Below are positions 12,032 to 24,693 of a stretch of DNA of 64,000 bases, piece after piece (the first letter of the stretch is position 1; every line of letters starts with the position of its first letter). Below the pieces are notes generated by a model, which worked only from the letters and a program-made list of their open reading frames with translations, had not been told where the DNA came from and made no database searches. The stretch covers positions 434,001 to 498,000 of the forward strand of contig NW_021831284.1 of NCBI RefSeq assembly GCF_006345805.1. Direction: 5' to 3'. Made by a program: the position numbers and the translations under genes. The stretch comes from Octopus sinensis. Its lineage: Eukaryota.

Positions 12032-12814
12032 CTATTTAGTCTTAGTACGCTGACTTCCACTTCTCTTTCGAGAAGTTTCGAGATGCTTAGCTAACACTTG
12101 CTGATATTTTTTCAATTCTTCAGACCTCTTGTGCTTCCTCTCAATTTTCTTATTCAACAACAATTTCCTTCGCCTTTTCACTGCTGGTGTTACAAGACGC
12201 TGAATCTTGGGTGCCTTGGACCTACTCTGACCCTTCTTATTCACATAAGGTCGTCGGACAACATAATTCCTCACATCATCCTCCTTATCCAACTGAAACA
12301 ACTTTTTTATTTTGTCTGCTCTTTTTGGCCCGAGATGACGTGGCACAGACGTATCAGTCAGTCCGGGTAACTCATTGGGGCCTATAATTAGTTTAAATAC
12401 TTTTTTAGACCTTTTTTGATTAAAATTAGATTCACTGCTTTAATCAGTCTTCCGATAATACATCCGTGGACTACTTTACGTTTTCTGTCACCACGTCTTA
12501 TAGGGTTGTAACATTTCTGTTTTCCTGAGAGTAGAATTCGAGTTCTTCCGTTGAGAATGACTCCGTTCATCATGGGACATCCAGCGTTGTCAAATCCCCC
12601 GGTAACACGGACAATGTAACCCTAAAATACGGTTTTATGTAAAAAATGGACTTGGAAAGATTCGCCAAGGAATCCGATATCAAATTGAGAACCAATTTTT
12701 TTATCATAAAGTTTTGCAAGCATGCTGGGATCTTCGATCTCGAAAGTCTTTTGACATCCGGTTTCGGGGTATGCAATATTTAACTAAGTATTAAAAATGA
12801 TAAATTACCTTCAT
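12032..12814 (-). CDS. RPS6: 40S ribosomal protein S6 (eS6); introns of 25, 30 and 29 nt
   Basis: MK|LNIAYPETGCQK...LGESFQ|GYIVRVTGG...LIKKG|PNELPGLTDTSVPRHLGPKRA...KAPKIQRLVTP. Confidence 0.97.
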
Positions 12815-14489
12815 ATGTGAAACAACAAGAAATGTAGAGTCACGTTTATTAATAAATTATTATTTAATTTGAATATCAATTCAATTTATATTCAAAAAAA
12901 TTTTATTTTTTTCTATATCAATAAAAACTATCATTTTATAGTCCCTTTCTACAAGCCTTGTAAGCCATAGGGAATACACCGTTAAGGAAGGTCCAGACAA
13001 AAAATAAGTCTTCAATGTCTTAAAAAATAGAAGCTCCCAGTAGTAGATATCTCGTACTTGGATGTTTATAGAACCAGTACATTGTGTTTTGTTGCTTTTA
13101 CAGTAAATCATTTTTCCTGGAACTAAAAATGAAAATCAAGGCGAGGAGGCCCTCTCATATGGACGAACATATAATCAGGGATCAGGGGTACACGTCTAAG
13201 ATGCACTCATGATCGGGCAAAGATGAGGACTCTTTTGAGCCTGTCGGGATCATGTGACTTTATTTGTTCTTTTTTTTATTCGGGGAATAATAAAATGAAT
13301 CCTGCCTATTTTATTTACAACTCAGAAACATGGGGACTGAATCAGAAATGTGTAGAAAATCTTAATGCTTTTCATAAAAAATAACTCAGGTCATTACTAA
13401 AAATATACTATCCAATGAATATCAAGAACCAAGACTTATACTCCGTTTTCAAAACAGAACAATTAGATGCAACTGTCACTAAGGGTCAATGGGGACTCTC
13501 TGGCCACATACTACGGAAGGATTCCTCACTTCCTGCTAATGAAATCTTGTAAACATACTTTTAATGCTTTGGGATTTCTCGAGGCAAGCCACGGACAACA
13601 CTGCCACTAATCTTAAATAACAACTTTGAGCATGTCAGATTGCTATATAGAAAATATAGACCATCTAGACAGGCTCCGAAAAATCGCAATCTTAAGAAGA
13701 GCGTGGAGGTGTCTAACAGACAAAATCTTACGGGGTGTGCCACAAGCAACGAAAAAATTGTGATTTTCTTTCTTGTTGTTGCGGATGTACACTTAATAAT
13801 AAATAAAATTATTTACGAAATGTGTGTTTTATCGTCTTCTAGACACTTCCACATTCTTTTAAAACTGCGATTTTTTAGAGGTTGTCAGCATTTTCTTGGC
13901 GTATTTTAGCATTTTTCAAATAGATGTGGATAATGTCAGTGCTGTCCTTCAAAAGCCACCAGTTCTTAAATAGTTCTTAAAAATAAGTTTTCAGGATATG
14001 TCCAAGTAGTCCTCATCAAGTATTCACCACAGTCAACTCCCAAGTGTTTATGTAGCGTCCTGTAGCCGATCACATTTGTTTTATCCAATAGGCATTTTAG
14101 TTCTCTGTAAAATGCGTTTAAATGCATTTATTGTTTATCACACTTCCGAATCGTATTAGCCAAAAAATATGCGTTTTGTAGTCGCATTTTCACATGTGTT
14201 GGTATTTGCTATTGTGAATATATAAATCACAAACACCCGAGTGCCTAAACTGCGTACGTGCAAGCCACACAGTTTTTGCAAAAGAAAAAAACAAATTAGT
14301 AATGCTAAAGAATCCAAATTTTTAATGAAAAAGCATTTTTTACCAAAAAAAACTTAGTAATAATCCAAATTTCCTTTTTATTCTCCATTTTCAGTCGACT
14401 TTTTCTTTTGACGGTTGTAAGCTCCGAATTTTAAACAAAAATTAACTTTTAAAGCCAAAAAAGTTTATTATTTTTAATCAAACAAAAAT

Positions 14490-14946
14490 TCAACGAGATC
14501 TGGGTGTATGCAAGTTATATTTCTGTTTCATTCGATTGAGTTCTTCCTTTCGTTTTTCAGCATCGACATCTCTAAGTACCTACAGCAATATTAATTGATA
14601 TTTTAACCTTATTTGGATTATAATATAAAATGACCAAATAACGATTGCAGACATTGAACCCCTGGAGATGGTCGCAGGCATTCTTTGCGTCAAAAATGTC
14701 CTCATAGACTACAAAGGCAGATCCTCTGGACTCAGGGGTTGATCCACTAAGTAATTTTATACTAAATATAAAACATTCTGATTTGACGGATTGCTCCATA
14801 TTTCCCAAAAATGTCGTACATTTCTTCCGATGTACATTTATAAGGTAGATTACGAACAAATAAAATTCTGTTTACGTCTGGAGGCAAACGAACCTTTTTT
14901 ATTTATATAATAACAATACATTCTTTCCCTGAAATCTTAAAGCCAT
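14490..14946 (-). CDS. SF3B6: Splicing factor 3B subunit 6 (p14); introns of 26, 28 and 28 nt
   Basis: MALRFQGKN|[19 protein letters not shown]...IRQIRI|[46 protein letters not shown]|[14 protein letters not shown]. Confidence 0.96.
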
Positions 14947-15037
14947 CTCACACAACAACAAATTAAGTATACAATTAATTTTATTAAATAAATCTATAAA
15001 AAATGATTTAAATATCTTTTTAAGAAATTATACAATA

Positions 15038-15917
15038 TCACATTAAACTGAGTTTATTGCACTCAATCAAATTCCACATAACAGCATCTCTGGGATGCTC
15101 CCTCGCAAGTTTATTAAAATCCAGATTCAGAATTTTTTCAATCCGATCTGAGGCAACTGCATATTCCGAAACAGACAAAGTAGAATAAAAATTGTGCAAA
15201 ACATCAGCAATATCAGCAATAACAAGAATACTGATACTTCTCATATCCATCCTCCATACATCAGTCGACCAATGATTAAAAATACAGTCATAGAGCTTGG
15301 AAAACAGTTTTTTTTGAGCTCGGATATTTTTTAATGGGTAAAGAACAACACTAGAAATCATCGACTCTCTGAACTCGACAGAACAAATTCCCTTTTCGCT
15401 CAAAGACTTGCAAATTCTGTCACGCAAATTTCTGATTTGAAAAACTAGGTTAAGTGGATTCCAAGTAACCCCTAAAAACACGTTTTTATGTTAAAATTAC
15501 CTGTAAATAATTCAATCCACGTGATTAGAAGCCTGGGCGTTGATTTTCGGATAATTTCAAGTGCTTCGTCGAGAACTCCATCACCACATGGACTGACTGA
15601 GGGGACAACGGCGACGTAGGTTGTGGACTGATTGGAATTTTTTAATGTAATCTTTCCCCTCAGGGCTAATTCTGCCATAATGGCACATCTGAGTCCAAGG
15701 GAGACTGATTCCTTCCAAATTGAGGAAAAGTCCTGAAGGTTAGAAGGATCTACTGAACCCTCTCGTCTTTGAAAGATAGGAGAAGTAGTTCCTCCATTAA
15801 ATTTAGTTTGTCGTCATTTGCTGGATTTTCAAGAGGCGTGTGTTCTTGGTTTATAGTTCTATTATTTTCTCGATCAAGATCTTTATGGATTCCACGGTGA
15901 GTCAATTCACTGCTCAT
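15038..15917 (-). CDS. GOLPH3: Golgi phosphoprotein 3 (GPP34/Vps74 family); introns of 26 and 29 nt
   Basis: MSSELTHR...LNLMEELLLLSFKDER|DFSSIWKE...MAELALRGK...VLDEALE...WIELFTG|VTWNPLNLVFQIRNLRDRICKSLSEKG. Confidence 0.9.
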
Positions 15918-16063
15918 TTGAAAATAAGTTATTTGTACACGACACCTTAAAGGTGACCTATTAGAATTTATTTTATAAAATAATTTATATCAAATATTGT
16001 TCAATGCTGACCGAAATACATTTTCACTTTATCTATAAATAAAATTATTAAAATAACAATATA

Positions 16064-16760
16064 TTAATTTGCTATTTTCCTTGAGAATTGCATGTTTATC
16101 ACTCTTCTCAGTTGGTTCCGATGAAATCGGTCCAAATTGTTCATATCGGTCTTACTGATTCCCCACGTCGATCCATTGTACATTAGGACTGGGACAACAA
16201 ATGTGTTGTATATTTTAAGTTTTGTCTTTGAATTTAGCTTCTTTAGGCGCCAGATGTTCATAAACTTATTGTATGTGGCAATTGATAGTATTTTTCTGTG
16301 CATAATGTCTTCAGAGTCCCCTAAGAGAGATCCGACTTTTTTTTTGTCTTCTCCAGGGCTCATCATGAGTTCGTTCAGATCGAATAAATTTCGTATGTTC
16401 AGTTTTATTGTGGTTGATTGTTAGAAACCATTTGGAAAAAATATCTGGTAATGTTTCGATAATAAATCGAAGGGTTTCAGCATCATCAGATACGAAGTCG
16501 ACATCATCAGCATATATTATTTCGTTGTATTTAGTGTTGTCCACAGAGGCCGAAAGTCTCTGAGTGCTGCCTCTAGGTAGACGATAAAGAGAACTGGGGA
16601 CAGCGAATCGCCTTGTGGTATGCCCCGTGATGTGTAGAAATAGTTTGACAAAAAACTGAAAAATGGCGATGATCTCGACTCACTCAGGACGACCGCAACT
16701 GACCGGAGAGCCTGGAGACGCATGACCGGGAGAATTTCAATGGTGGCACAAGGAAAGCTT
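16064..16760 (-). mobile_element. RTE-like LINE RT fragment
   Basis: IPQGDSLSPVLF, IIYADDVDF, KVGSLLGDSED and YNTFVVPVLMYNGSTW, with frameshifts. Confidence 0.85.
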
Positions 16761-17779
16761 AATTAACTTATGACTTTTCCGAAAGTGCTTTATAATAATA
16801 ATAATATTAATTAATGTACACTGGGTAACACTGAATAAATATAAAGTAATATATGTGCACACATAAAGTTATTTTTTAAATAAATAAGTAGTCTGGTGTG
16901 TTTTTTTGTTTTTGCACATATCATATAATGAAAGATAATCATAGATCTTAATTCCGTTAAGAAATCATTATTGAAATTAGAATATATTTTGGCTCTTAAA
17001 CAATCCTTCTCTTAATCATTATTTAATGTAGGCTTTTTATGAGTGAGCATTTCTTCTCTAATTGGAAAAGCCATTTGATAAAAATATAATCGCACATTTA
17101 TACTATCATTTTTATCAAGAACATGTATACTATCATTTTCACCATCCGCGAATAATTTTTATGGTGATTATTTAATAATAATAGAAAAATATTTATTTGT
17201 AAAGAATCTGATTTTAAAGGTCTATTTTAATACAACAAAAATATATATTGTTACGTCCGTTGAACGGACCACGCCGTTGAATGGACCAATATTAAAATGT
17301 CATTTTAATCAATTTTATCCTTATAAAATATGTCTTAATTTTTTCTAAGTGCCATTATAAAGCTATTTTAATGGTTTTCGTGACTTCAGAAAAATTAGAT
17401 ATAAAACAGTAACAACCAAACCTAAACTTAAAAAATAATTAATTTAATTATCGTTTTTTATTACTTTTGGAGTTTTTCCGATTAAAATAATTATTTTTAA
17501 ATTAGAAAAAACCACTCCTTAAAAAAACAAATTAAATTTTAAAATTATCCAGCAGATCTTTTAAAAAATGAATCCCTAACGTTAATTTTTACCAAACCCA
17601 AGCAAACATAATCACAACGTTTACTGATCATTATTTTAAAAGCCAACCCTAACTGAAACTTTTACAAAGCCCTAATTTTAAAAACCAATGAAATTTTAAA
17701 ATTTACATTAAAAACAAAAAATGTCAAAACAGAGTCATTTAAGCTTTTTCAGCCTCGAAATATTTACGTTAGTTAAATT

Positions 17780-18300
17780 GTTTCCTTTATCGTCTTCTAG
17801 GAGATACAAATCCTTGTGAACAGTGTTCCTGGCCCATGAACACATAGAACGGGATTTTTTTGGTAGTTTAATGAACAGTGGAGTTACAATCGAAGACAAT
17901 GTCTTTAAGAATGTTCTGAAAACGACCTGACAAAATGAACATTTTTAAAAAATCTGAGCAACCTCAGTTCTGGACACATCGTCATAGCGATTATAAAGCC
18001 TATCAAATAAACGATCTGGTCCAACATGATTATGTTCTGACTGACCATGTAACCTCAATGTGTTTGAGCTTTAGCTCATATTCCTCGACAGCCAAAAAAC
18101 GACGTTAAATATCCTCCTGCAGAATGTAAGTTTTTCCGTCTTTAAATCGGATCAGATTCAAAATTTTTTTTCTTATCAACATCTTTAAAAGCTGACGGAT
18201 TGCAATCAGAATTAAAATAATCATTAATTTGTTTATTTCATGCAAGTTAAGATTCACTCCTTTGCTTGCCCTTACTGGAACTATTGATGTGATCCTATAT
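17780..18300 (-). pseudogene. Third Ginger-like integrase remnant (N-terminal HHCC region)
   Basis: Degenerate translation LHGQSEHNHVGPDRLFDRLYNRYDDVSRTEVAQI..KC.FC. Confidence 0.55.
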
Positions 18301-18419
18301 AGCAGCATGTGATTTAATCGGCCCGGCTGTTGTAAATATCTTTTTGTGGCATTCACACATGTCAAGGCATTCAGGTCAAAACTAGTCCTTTTGGAAAACA
18401 AACTCAAAAAATAAAACTA

Positions 18420-18874
18420 TCCATTTCGCATTTTGCGAAAAATTTCTGTAAAAAAAACGTTTGTGAAGTTCCTGTCGAATTTGGTACCCAAATAATTAAG
18501 GATTTGAAGAGAAACAATTTCTGGAACGATTTCTGACCTTGACAAGAGAAGCGATGAATATAGTTTTTTGAACAAACATTTCAAGAATGAAATATGTAAA
18601 ATCCAAAATCGAGCAAAATTGTCGGATGAGCAATTAAAGTTTCTTTTGATAATCGTGACAACAGATTGACGCCTGATTACAAAAAAAATATAAAACGAAA
18701 AGTCAGTTTCATCATTCTCATTAAAAACTAATGTTAAATCTTTTTTTGTTTTTGTCTTTTAGTCGTAGTTAAAAAATTAGGGACATTATAAAATCTAATG
18801 ATTTTACACTATGGCCAACGGTCATCTACCAAATATTCTATCCGGCCCGCGTGTCAAAAGTTTGGAGACCCCTG
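18420..18874 (+). mobile_element. hAT 3' remnant (dimerisation domain and right TIR)
   Basis: RAKLSDEQLKFLL...TPDY. Ends GTTTGGAGACCCCTG, followed by CTATATAG. Confidence 0.65.
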
Positions 18875-18929
18875 CTATATAGGATCGGCGAATTTGTTTA
18901 ATGTAAATAGATTGAAAATTGTTTAGTCC

Positions 18930-19250
18930 AAATGTATTTTTCTATTTGTACTACGTTGATAATCCAATACAAATATTTTTCGTTTTTCTATATTTTCCAG
19001 ACTATTTCTAGAAATTGGTTTTCTCAAGTCGGTTATATATTGTCGCAATACAAACTTAATTATTTACCAATTTTCGTAATTCCTTCAATGTTATCGATAA
19101 ATTATTCTCAATTTTTCAATTATAAATTCATATCATCATCCGTAAGTCTAATCGTAGCATCCCTTCTACCTCCACTTTCATTCGGAATCGACAGGAAAGT
19201 AGATTCACAGCAGACCATGTTACGTTTCATTACAACTTAAATTCTCTTAC
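18930..19250 (-). pseudogene. IS630/Tc1-like transposase N-terminal remnant
   Basis: Degenerate GGRRDAT...IENNLSITLKELRKL...IATIYNRL...SLENIEKRKIF. Confidence 0.4.
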
Positions 19251-19585
19251 TGACATTGTGAGGTTAAATATATAACGTATTTAGTCCAGAAATTCACTTT
19301 TTGTCAATTCGGAAATCGTGATGAGGCCTGATTTAATATTTATGAGGGGCCGTTCTTCAGTCCCTTAACCTATAATTATACAAATTCGCCACAAAAAATC
19401 CGTTCAATTTTCACTACTAAATATATTTGTAATAAATTACAATTAAAAAACACTCCTAATTAATCACAAAATAGATTTATAAAATTTCATTTTAGGCAAA
19501 AGTAAGCGATCAATAATCAATATTTATTTGATATTGTTTATATGCGGTTTGCCGTCTTGTAAGACATTGTTCGCGCTCATTTTGA

Positions 19586-22164
19586 ATGATCAAATTTTTC
19601 CGAAAAACAACAAAAAAGTCTAATTTAAAAGACAAACTTCAAACAAGTCCATCCTTAGAACTGTCCAAAGTATAATCACTGAGGATATATGCAGCCAAAT
19701 TGTACAGACCCGGGAAATTGGTTATCCTGGTAATATTTGTGCATGTGCTTATGACCCAACTCTCAAACTGATCGCACTGTTAAGCAACGACCAGACTCTC
19801 CGAATGTACATTCTCAGACTAATTAAAGATATGGGAATGCCTCCTACCGACTCTCCTGCTCAGTCCCCAGCCAAGTTCGCTGGATTGGCTTCATTGAGGG
19901 ACAAGTTTATGCAAACATATACTTTTTAGGGCAAAATAATAGTCATTAATCAGCACATTCTTCTCTACCAATTGACATCCGACAGCCTGTGTCTGCTCAC
20001 TCAGTCTGACTGGTGTGCCTCTGTCATCACAGCAATATGTCTGTTGGCCACCCAGGAATTGGTCATTGCCTTGGAAGGACACGGCAATGCAGAAATGGCC
20101 ATTTTTCGAACAGAGGACATGCAGTGTTGGAAGACAGTCAAATATTGGGAAGATATTCAACCAAAGTCTGTCCTTTGTTGAGTGTAGACTGGGGGACTTT
20201 CACCTCAATCCGCTGACTGTGGAGGACATGGCAGAGAACCCAACCAGGGCGGGGTCAGTTCTGATTGGATTCCGAAGAGGGCTGGTAGTGGAGTGGGATG
20301 TAAGGAGGAGTGCAGTAGTGAGCCATATCAGTACTCAGAGGGTGAGCTAGTGTCTCCATTGTAGGAAATAGAGTGCCTCGGCTGGCACTTTGAGGGGAGG
20401 AAATGGGCGTGTGGACACATGGATGGGACAATCTCGATTTGGGATGTGGAGAGAAGGGAAAGACAGGCAGGGAAAGCAGTGAATATAGTTATGTGGATTG
20501 GTGACCGAGTTGTGTCCGCGGGAGGGCAGTCCGTCACGTTGTATGACCTGCGGACAGATGAGGAGACGGTCATCCACTCGTCTCTCCCTGTCATTGCCTT
20601 ATTCTCAACAGGGGAGGACATTCTTGTGGTGACACGTGAGGAAATGTTCGTTGTGGATGTCCCGAATATGCGGAATGTGTCCCTCGAGTACTTGAACTGC
20701 ATTCACGTGTCTGAAATCACGACGTTTGTGGTCCTCGACTCACTGTCCGTGGAATATATGACGGGACTGAGGGAGATTCTCACGTCAGTACACATTCCCC
20801 TCCAACAAGGCACCGGGGATCTGTTGCTGACGGGGTTGTCTGGTGTCCTCTAGTCGTAGGCACGAGGACGGGTCTATTCGGTTTTGGGGACTGGTGGGGG
20901 ATAAGTGTCTGTCATTGGGGACTATTTCTACCAATCTTTCGGGAGAGGACAGTTGTGCACGTGTGATGAATTCATACGACCCCTGCAGTGACGACCCTCG
21001 GCTGGCTATACGTCGGCTGCTGTATTTCCCACATTCACGTGTTCTGGTGGCCGGAGGGGCTGCGGGTCAGGTTTTTGTGATGAAAGTGGAAAAGTGTGCG
21101 GATGTGGTGAGTGTGTGAGTGAATTGTAGAACTGTCCTCCTTCTGTGGTCGATTTGCATATTTTGCACGAGGATGGGATATTCAGGTGGAAGGGACATAA
21201 GCCAGTGCGAATGAATGTGGGCAAGTCCAACTGGAGAATATACCAAGTCCATCCTCCTGGCTGTGTTGTGGGTGTGGCACTCAATGAGGGCGAGTAGTGT
21301 TAGTGTATAACCAGACTGGTGGTGGCCACACGGCAGGGATATGTGGTGGTCGACACACGCACGGACCAGACAGTCTACTCCCACTCCACGCTCAGCATCC
21401 ACGGTCATTTCTGTGGGTGATGTGATAGACATGCACAAACCCCCCAGTAGTAAACGGCAGTTGAGCATGTTCAAGTCCCTCAGAGAAACCCTCAAGCGTT
21501 GTCGGACAAACACTGCCCAGACAGACACCCGTCAGACAGACTCCCGGCAGACCCAGGACAAGTGGGTGACTGTTGTGTACTTCGCGGAGGAGGGGTTGCC
21601 TCTGTACAGTAGTGGGGAGGTGGAAGGTGGGTATCCGACATTGTGGGTGGGGACTAGTGGGGGCAAGATATACATATACAAGTCGGGGGAGTGTTTCCGA
21701 CTATGTTTGTGTTGTGTGGTGATAGGCAGGGAAGACCATTCAGTTGTCTCACCGGTCACCCATTGTGGACATATCTGTGGGGGATGAGTGCGTGTTGGTG
21801 TGCGCGGAGGAACAGATTCGGGTTGTGTTGTGTTGTACATGCAGATATTGAATATTCCCAATCTTAAAGTGGTCGTCAAGAAGAGGTTGAAGGAGAGGAT
21901 TGTGAGTGCACGGTCGGCACAGTGGAATGGTCGACGGTGGTTAGTCGTGGTGGGATTGGGAGGGCGAGTGAGCATATACTCCATTCCCCACTTGGACAGA
22001 CTAATGGACTGTCAGTGGATTGGGCCAGCCAATATATTGTTGTGTTTGATATTATCAATATAAGGGCACTCCATAATGTATACATCTCTTCGGGGGGCAC
22101 GCTCACGTGTTTGACCTCCCCCTCTCTCCTCCACACAACCTCCATTATACATCCACCTAGTTGA
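19586..22164 (+). CDS. LLGL: Lethal giant larvae (Lgl) polarity protein; about 11 introns of 21-38 nt
   Basis: MIKFFRK...ELSK|TREIGYPGNICACAYDPTLK, LLLTG|HEDGSIRFW, YDPCSDDPRLAI, FRWKGH, SMFKSLRETLKR, LWVGTSGG, IQLSHRSPIV and AEEQIR|ILNIP. No C-terminal R-SNARE coil is present, which argues against tomosyn. Confidence 0.88.
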
Positions 22165-22252
22165 CTATATATTTTGTTGTTTTTCCATTTACTTATTATT
22201 TAAATAGACTAACAAATAGGCATGTTCGGAATAGTGGTTAATCAACAAAATA

Positions 22253-23306
22253 CAGTAAACTCTCTAGAATCTGTCAATTCTGAAATTCGCCATTTTTTAT
22301 CGATTCTTTTTACTTTTTAATGATATTTGCCAATTCTGAAATTTGCCACAATTTTTTAAAATTCTCATTATTAATTAAAAAAAATTCTTTTAATTGAAAA
22401 AAATAAAAAGAATTTAAAGCAAGCATGGTTCGCACTGTTCCTGTTTGAAGCTACGTTAGATTTACAATTGCTCAGAAAGTGGAAATATTGCGTTACAAAG
22501 AAAGTAATAAGTCTGCTTCATGTCAGACGATTTGCAGCAGATTTTCTACAATTTTTAAAAAGACAATTTCAAGAAGGACGGTAAATGCAATATTAAAGGA
22601 TGCAGAATCGCTCTTATTTCATCTCAAGAATCGAATTCCTGAACAAAAAACTTGTAAAAAATTAAAATTCAAGAATTATGATTATAATTCCTTTGTTTCT
22701 TATTACAATTCCAAAAAGGGCTTGGATGAAAGCATCAATTTTTGCGAATTGGGTTACGAATTTTGTCAATTTATTGAAATTCCAAAATACAGTACAGGGC
22801 TTATTCAGCCAATGGAGCTGGGCATTATAAAAACGCTCAAAGTACATTTTACAAGACACAAATTACTTTATTTAACGGATATATTGGAATGTGAGAAATA
22901 CTCAGTCTATGAATCGTATAAAAGTTAACTCTTAGAGATAACATTGTAAGCAAAACAGATATTTATGATCCAATTGAAATAAAAGAAATTATTTCAATTG
23001 ATTACAATGAGAAGGAGGCAATTGATGATGAGAAATTAATTTCTATTGAGGAACAAGAAGAATCGGGTTGTGTAGAAGTGCATAAATCATTAAGCAAGGC
23101 TGAAATGCTTTACAAATTAAGAGAGATTGAAAATAGCCTTCTAGAAAACATTAAAAATGACAATGATTCGGAATTTATTACTTCAATGAGAAGATATTAA
23201 CTTAATTAGAAAATTAAATAAAAATCTTATTCTGAAATCTGCCATTTCTCAAATTGGCCACAATTTCGCCAGGAACCAAAAATGGCAAATTTGAGAGAGT
23301 TTACTG
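22253..23306 (+). mobile_element. pogo/Tigger-like DNA transposon, internally deleted
   Basis: TIRs CAGTAAACTCTCT.AATYTG.CA with TA duplication on both sides. It has a CENP-B-type HTH (FTIAQKVEIL...ISRRTVNAILK) and the DDE_1 motif PKYSTGLIQPMELGIIKTLK. Confidence 0.85.
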
Positions 23307-23519
23307 TACGAGTTTTGTAGACAACTATGCTCAGTTCATTAACAGGCAGTTAGTTTGTACTTTACTCCAAGATTTTGGTGACCCCCTTCATTGGCTGCCG
23401 GACTGTACCACATCAACGACATTGAAATGGCTCGTGCATTCCCTGGTTTATAAACCCGTCTTACGTTAGACTGGCCAAACAAATCAGGATTGGAATAATA
23501 GCGTTATATAAGTAAAAAG

Positions 23520-23960
23520 ATGGTTAAACTAATTAATGGCTTCACGAGACACCCGGCCAGCATTGCGAATGGCGAAGCCGTTCCCCCGGATCACAACAAT
23601 CGACAGACGTTCCAGGAGCCAAGATGACTCTCTTGGATCGTAAAATCCGTCGACTGAGCAAGCGAAGGATGCGGAGTGTCTTGGGGCCGAAGATCCCGGA
23701 AGACCCCACGGCGATTGGAGTAAAGAACAGCGAGTTGGAGAGGTGGCCGTACTCGAAAATCTTTTGATCCTCGGCCTGCCTCAAAGCGTGCCCAGGATTG
23801 GCGGCGGACAGAGCGAGAGACCCGAGCGAAAACGTGTCCGAACAGGTAGAATCCCAAATAAGGGATTTCCCCTGCTTGTATGGAAAGGTGGACATGCCGT
23901 CTGGGAGTTTGCCGTCCTCTCTATCCAGTCCAAAAAACTCGACGTTATAACGTTAGAACT
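23520..23960 (-). mobile_element. CRE-like RLE 3' fragment
   Basis: ORF 23542-23895: TFPYKQGKSLIWDSTCSDTF...KIFEY...FTPIAV..SG. Confidence 0.8.
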
Positions 23961-24693
23961 CGACAGGGTTAAGTATGACAAGTCAGGATTAATATTTCCA
24001 CAGTTTGTGACTCTTCAAATTGCGACGAATTCGACCGAAATGTGCAAGTTTGTGTTGTCCTCATTGAAGGGTTATCTGGAATACTTGGGATAATGTGAAT
24101 AAGTGAATGTTATTCATTTGGAGGGAATTAGTTGTGGCCACTCTCGAACACTTCAAAGGGACGGTTGTATTTATGACATTATTGCTGATAATTGTACAAA
24201 TCGAGGAATGAGTTCGGAGTGGTGGCATTGCTGGAATAATATACGAACATGTTATGGGTACAACCCTCTCCATGTTCAAATTCGAATCCATTTGAGTCTC
24301 ATATTGTAATATATCAAAACGCTAGTATCTTACTCAATTTGATCAAATACGCCAAAAAAACTTACCTTAGTCGCAAGCAACATAATAAATCACTTTAAAA
24401 TAATAGCATTCATATTCAAATTTAAAAATGCGTCTTTATTTTCATAACGGAAATAAATTGACAGAACAAGCCGTTCGGCTGGGTTATAACCCCTGAATAA
24501 ATCTTTAATTTTGGTTTAATTATCAATTGGTTTTTCATAAAATGAGTTTTTTTTATTGAAAATTGACATAACGAAATTTTCCAGATTTTGAGTACTAAAG
24601 TTTAATTTTTTTCAATTCAAGATTTATTTTGAAAAAAGTAAAATGTTACATTGTATTTTTCTTTTATTCAAATTTTATTCTCTTCTCTAGCTA

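Noticed and set aside
13310-13390. Segment shared with 50835-50915 as a novel gene family
   Set aside because: Both copies are short and stop-ridden. They are probably an unclassified transposon relic and I could not assign them.
17249-17290. TGT-starting segment as a TIR of the integrase remnant at 17780-18300
   Set aside because: No matching inverted partner was found in the window.
20328-22145. Long minus-strand ORFs within the Lgl locus
   Set aside because: They are shadow frames of a GC-rich coding region with no recognisable motifs.
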